The translations under genes and the position numbers were made by a program. The notes under the pieces are model-generated. The model ran no database searches, was not told where the DNA came from, and saw only the letters and a program-made list of their open reading frames with translations. From the human T2T-CHM13v2.0 reference genome, Homo sapiens: a stretch of DNA of 64,000 bases. Location of the stretch: assembly GCF_009914755.1 (NCBI RefSeq), contig NC_060929.1, one strand, 5' to 3'. Positions 59,960 to 64,000 of the stretch are shown here, one piece after another. Position 1 is the first letter of the stretch; each line of letters starts with the position of its first letter.

Positions 59960-62900
59960 ATTTTTAGAATTTTTTATTTATCAATAGGTTTTGGGGGGAA
60001 CAGGTGGTGTTTGGTTACATAAGTTCTTCAGTGGTGATTTCTGAGATTTTGGGGTACCCATCACCCAAGCAGTACATACTGTACCCAATGTGCAGTCTTT
60101 TAACCTTCACCCCACTTCCACCCTTTCCCCCGAGTCCCCAAAGTCCACTGTATCATTCTTATGCCTTTGTGTCCTCCATAGCTCAGCTCCCACTTATGAG
60201 TGAGAACATACAATATTTGGTTTTCCATTCCTGAGTTTCTTCACTTACAATATGGTCTCCAATTCCACCCAGGTCACTGTAAAAGCCATGATTTCATTCC
60301 TTTTTATGGCTGAGTAGTATTCCATGATACACACACACACACACACAACCACATTTTCTTTATCCACTTGTTGATTGATATGCATTTGGGCTGGTTCTAT
60401 ATTTTTGCACTTGCGAATTGTGCTGTTATAAACATGCATGTGTGAGTATCTTTTTTGTATAATGACTTCTCTTCTACTAGGTGGATACCCGGGAGTGGGA
60501 ATGCTGGATCAAATGGTAGTACTACTTTTAGTTCTTTAAGGAATCTCCACACTGTTTTCCATAGTGGTGGTACTAGTTGACATTCCCACTGGCAGTGGAA
60601 AAGTGTTCCCTTTTCACCATATCCATGCCAACATCTACTATATTTTGATTTTTTGATTATGGTCATTCTTGCAGGACTAAGGTAATATCACATTGTGGTT
60701 TTGATTTGCACATCTCTAATCACTAGTGATGTTGAGCATTTTGTCATATTTGTTGGCCATTTGTATATCTTCTTTTGAGAACTGTCTATCCATGTCAGCC
60801 CACTTTTTGTTGGGATTGTTTATCTTTTTCTTGATTTGAGTTCCTTGAATATTCTGGATATTAGTCCTCTGTTGGATGTATAGGTTGTGAAGATTTTCTT
60901 CCACTCTGTGGGTTGTCTGTTTACTCTGCTGATTATTTCTTTTGCTGTGCAGTTTAATTAAGACCTATCTATTTATCTTTGTTTTTGTCGTGTTTGCTTT
61001 TCGGTTCTTGGTCATGAAGTCTTTGCCTAGGCCAATGTCTAGAAGGGTTTTATCAATGTTATCTTCTAGAATTTTTATGGCTTCAGGTCTTAGATTTAAG
61101 TCTCTGATCCATCTTGAGTTGATTTTTGTAGAAGGTGAGAGATGAAGATCCATTTTCATTTTCCTCCATGTGGCTTGCCAATTGTCCCAGGACTATTTGT
61201 TGAATAGGGTGTCCTTTCCCCACTTTAGGTTTTTGTTTGCTTTGCTGAAGATCAGCTAGCTGTAAGTATTTGGCTCTACTTGTGGGTTCTCCACTCTGTT
61301 CCGTTGGTCTATATGCCTATTTTTATTACCACTAGCATGCTGTTTTGGTGACTATGGCCTTATAGTATAGTTTGAAGAAGGGTAAGGTGATGCCTCCAGA
61401 TTTGTTCTTTTTGCTTAGTCTTGTTTTGGCTATGCAGGCTCTTTTTTCCTAGTTCTGTGAAGAATGATGGTGGTATTTGATGGAAGTTGCATTGAATTTG
61501 TAGATTGTTTTTGGCAGTATGGTTATTTTCGCAATATTGATTCTACCCATCCAAATGTAGAATTTAGCTGTGTTTCCATTTGTTTGTGTCATCCATGATT
61601 TCTTTCAGCAGTGTTTTGTCTTGTAGAGGTCTTTTACCTCCCTGGCTAGGTATATTCCTAAGTATTTTATTTTTCTTTTTTGAAGCTATTATAAAAGGGG
61701 TTGAGTTTTTGATTTGATCCTCAGCTTGGTCACTGTTGGTGTATAGCAGAGCTACTGACTTGTGTATGTTAATTTTGTATCCTGAAACTTCGCTGAATTC
61801 ATTTACCAGTTCTAGGAGCTTTTTGGATGAGTCTTTAGGGTTTTCTAGGTATACAATCATGTTATCAGTAAACAGCAACAGTTTTACTTCCTCTTTACTG
61901 ATTTGGGTGTCCTTGATTTCTTTCTCTTGTCTGATTGCTCTGGCTGGGACTTCCAGCACTATGTTGAATAGAAGTGGTGAAAGTGGGCATCCTTGTCTTG
62001 TTTCAGTTCTCAGGGGGAATGCTTCCCAACTTTTCCCCTTTCAGTATAATGTTGGCTGTGGGTTTGCTATAGATGGCTTTTATTACCTTAAGGTATGTCA
62101 CTTCTATGCTGATTTTGCTGAGGGTTTTAATCATAATGGGATGCTGGATTTTGTCAGATGCTTTTTCTGCATCTATTGAGATAATCATCTGATTTTTGTT
62201 TTTAATTCTGTTTGTGTGGTGTATCACCTTTATGGACTTGCATATGTTAAACCATCCCTGCATTCCTGGTATGAAACCCACTTGATCATGGTGGATTATA
62301 TTTTTTATATGCTGCTGGATTTGGTTAGCAAGTATTTTGTTGGGGGTTTTTGCATCTATGTTCATCAGGGATGTTGGTCTGCGGTTGTCTTTGTTCTTTC
62401 CTGGTTTTGGTATTAGCATGATATTGGCTTCACAGGAGGATTTAGGGAGGAATCCCTCTTTATCTTTTGGAACAGTGTCAATAGGATTGATACAAATTCT
62501 TCTTTGAATGTCTGATATAATTCAGCTGTGAGTCTGTACCTAAACTTTTTTTGGTAACTTTTTTATTACCATTTCAATCTCATTGCTTGTTGCTGGTCTG
62601 TCCAGGGTTTCTATTTTTTCCTGGTTTAATCTAGGAGGGTTGCGTATTTCCAGGAATTTATTCATCTCCTCTAAGTTTTCTAGTTTATGTGCATAAAGAT
62701 GTTGATAGTAGCCTTGAATGATCTTTTGTATTTCTGTAGTAAGGGTTGTAATATCTCCCATTTTGTTTCTAATTGAATTTACCAGATCTTCTCTCTTCTT
62801 TTGTTGGTTAATCTAGCTAATGGTCTATCAATTTTATTTATCTTTTGAAAGAACCAGCTTTTTGTTGCATTTATCTTTTGTGTTTTGTTGTTGTTGTCCT

Positions 62901-64000
62901 TTCAATTTCATTTATTTCTGCTCTGATCTTGGTTATTTTTTTTCTTCTGTTGGGTTTGGGTTTGGTTTGCTGTTTCTCCAGTTCCTTGAGGTATGCCCTT
63001 AGATTGTCTGTCTGTGCTGTTTCAGACTTCCTGAGGTATGCATTTAATGATATGAACTTTCATCTTAGCACCACTTTTGCTGTATCCCAGAGGTTTTGAC
63101 AGGTTGTGTCACTATTATCATTCAGTTCAAAGAATTTTTTAATTTCCATCTTGATGTCAGGTATTCTATGTCAATTTTTTGTATTTATGTGAATCCTTTT
63201 CCCCTAAGGTGTGTGATCCTTTGGGGGTGTTAAACAACCTTGTTTTATCATATTACCAGAATTGTTTTTCTGATTACTTCTCATTTGGGTAGACTATGTC
63301 AGAGGGAAGATCTGGGACTCAAGGGCTGCTCTGCAGATTCTTTTGTCCCACGAGGTGCTCCCTTGATTTGGTGCTCTCCTCCTTCCCCTAAGGTTGGGGC
63401 TTCCTGAGAGCCAAACTGCAGTGATTGTTATTTCTCTTTTGGATCTAGCCAACCAGCAGAGCTACTGGGGTCTGGTTGGTACAGGGCAGTTTCTGCAAAG
63501 AGTCCTGTGATGTGATCTGTCTTCAGGTCTCTCAGCCGTGGATACCAGCACCGGCAACCGTAGAGGCAGCAGGGGAGTGAAGTGGCCTCTATGAGGGCCC
63601 TTGGTTGTATTTTTGTTAAATGTACTGGTTTTGTGTTGGTTGGCCTCCAGCCAGGAGGTGGCACTTTCAAGAGGGCATCAGCTGCAGTAGTATAGAAAGG
63701 ATACATGCTTGCCCTAGGGTTAGGTGGTGGGCAGGCCGATAGAGCTCCCAGGAGATTATGTCTTTTGTCTTCAGCTACCAGGGCAGGTAGAGAAAAACCA
63801 TCAGGTGGGAGCAGGGTTAGGCATGTCTGAGCTCAGATCTCCTTGGGTGAGGCTTGCCGCTGCTGCTGTGGTAGATGGGGGCATGGTTCCCAGGCCAATG
63901 GAGTTATGTTCCCAGGGGGATTATGGCTGCCTCTGCTGTGTCACACAGGTCACCAAGGAAGTTGGGGAAGGCCGGCAGCCAAAGGCTTCACCCAGCTCCC
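59960..64000 (-). mobile_element. Older LINE-1 (L1PB1-like) with a large internal deletion near 63155; runs off the window edge
   Basis: 3'UTR caataggttttgggggaacaggtggtgtttggttac; diverged RT fragments ([22 protein letters not shown]); ORF2 jumps to ORF1-start/5'UTR-like sequence. Confidence 0.88.

Overview
Primate (human or very close great-ape) genomic DNA, not microbial. The window holds most of ERCC8 (CSA, Cockayne syndrome A WD40 protein) on the minus strand: coding exons 2-12 were read directly with canonical GT-AG junctions (55342 down to the TGA at 986-988), plus the 3'UTR. Exon 1 lies beyond the right edge. The introns are mostly transposon debris: a full-length L1PA inside an AluY, a 5'-truncated L1PA with a 17-bp TSD, an L1PB1-like element, about 20 Alus, ERV LTRs, Tigger elements and a decayed hAT transposase. 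Intron 9 carries a processed GNL3L pseudogene in the same orientation as ERCC8. It has a CpG-rich promoter-like 5' end, a pyrimidine-tract/CAG acceptor in frame with both ERCC8 exon 9 and the intact GNL3L N-terminal ORF, and its own AATAAA. This makes it a candidate exon trap giving a CSA(1-281)-GNL3L fusion, analogous to CSB-PGBD3. That is a sequence-based hypothesis with no expression evidence. Repeat subfamily names and comparisons with reference proteins are from memory and need RepeatMasker/BLAST confirmation.
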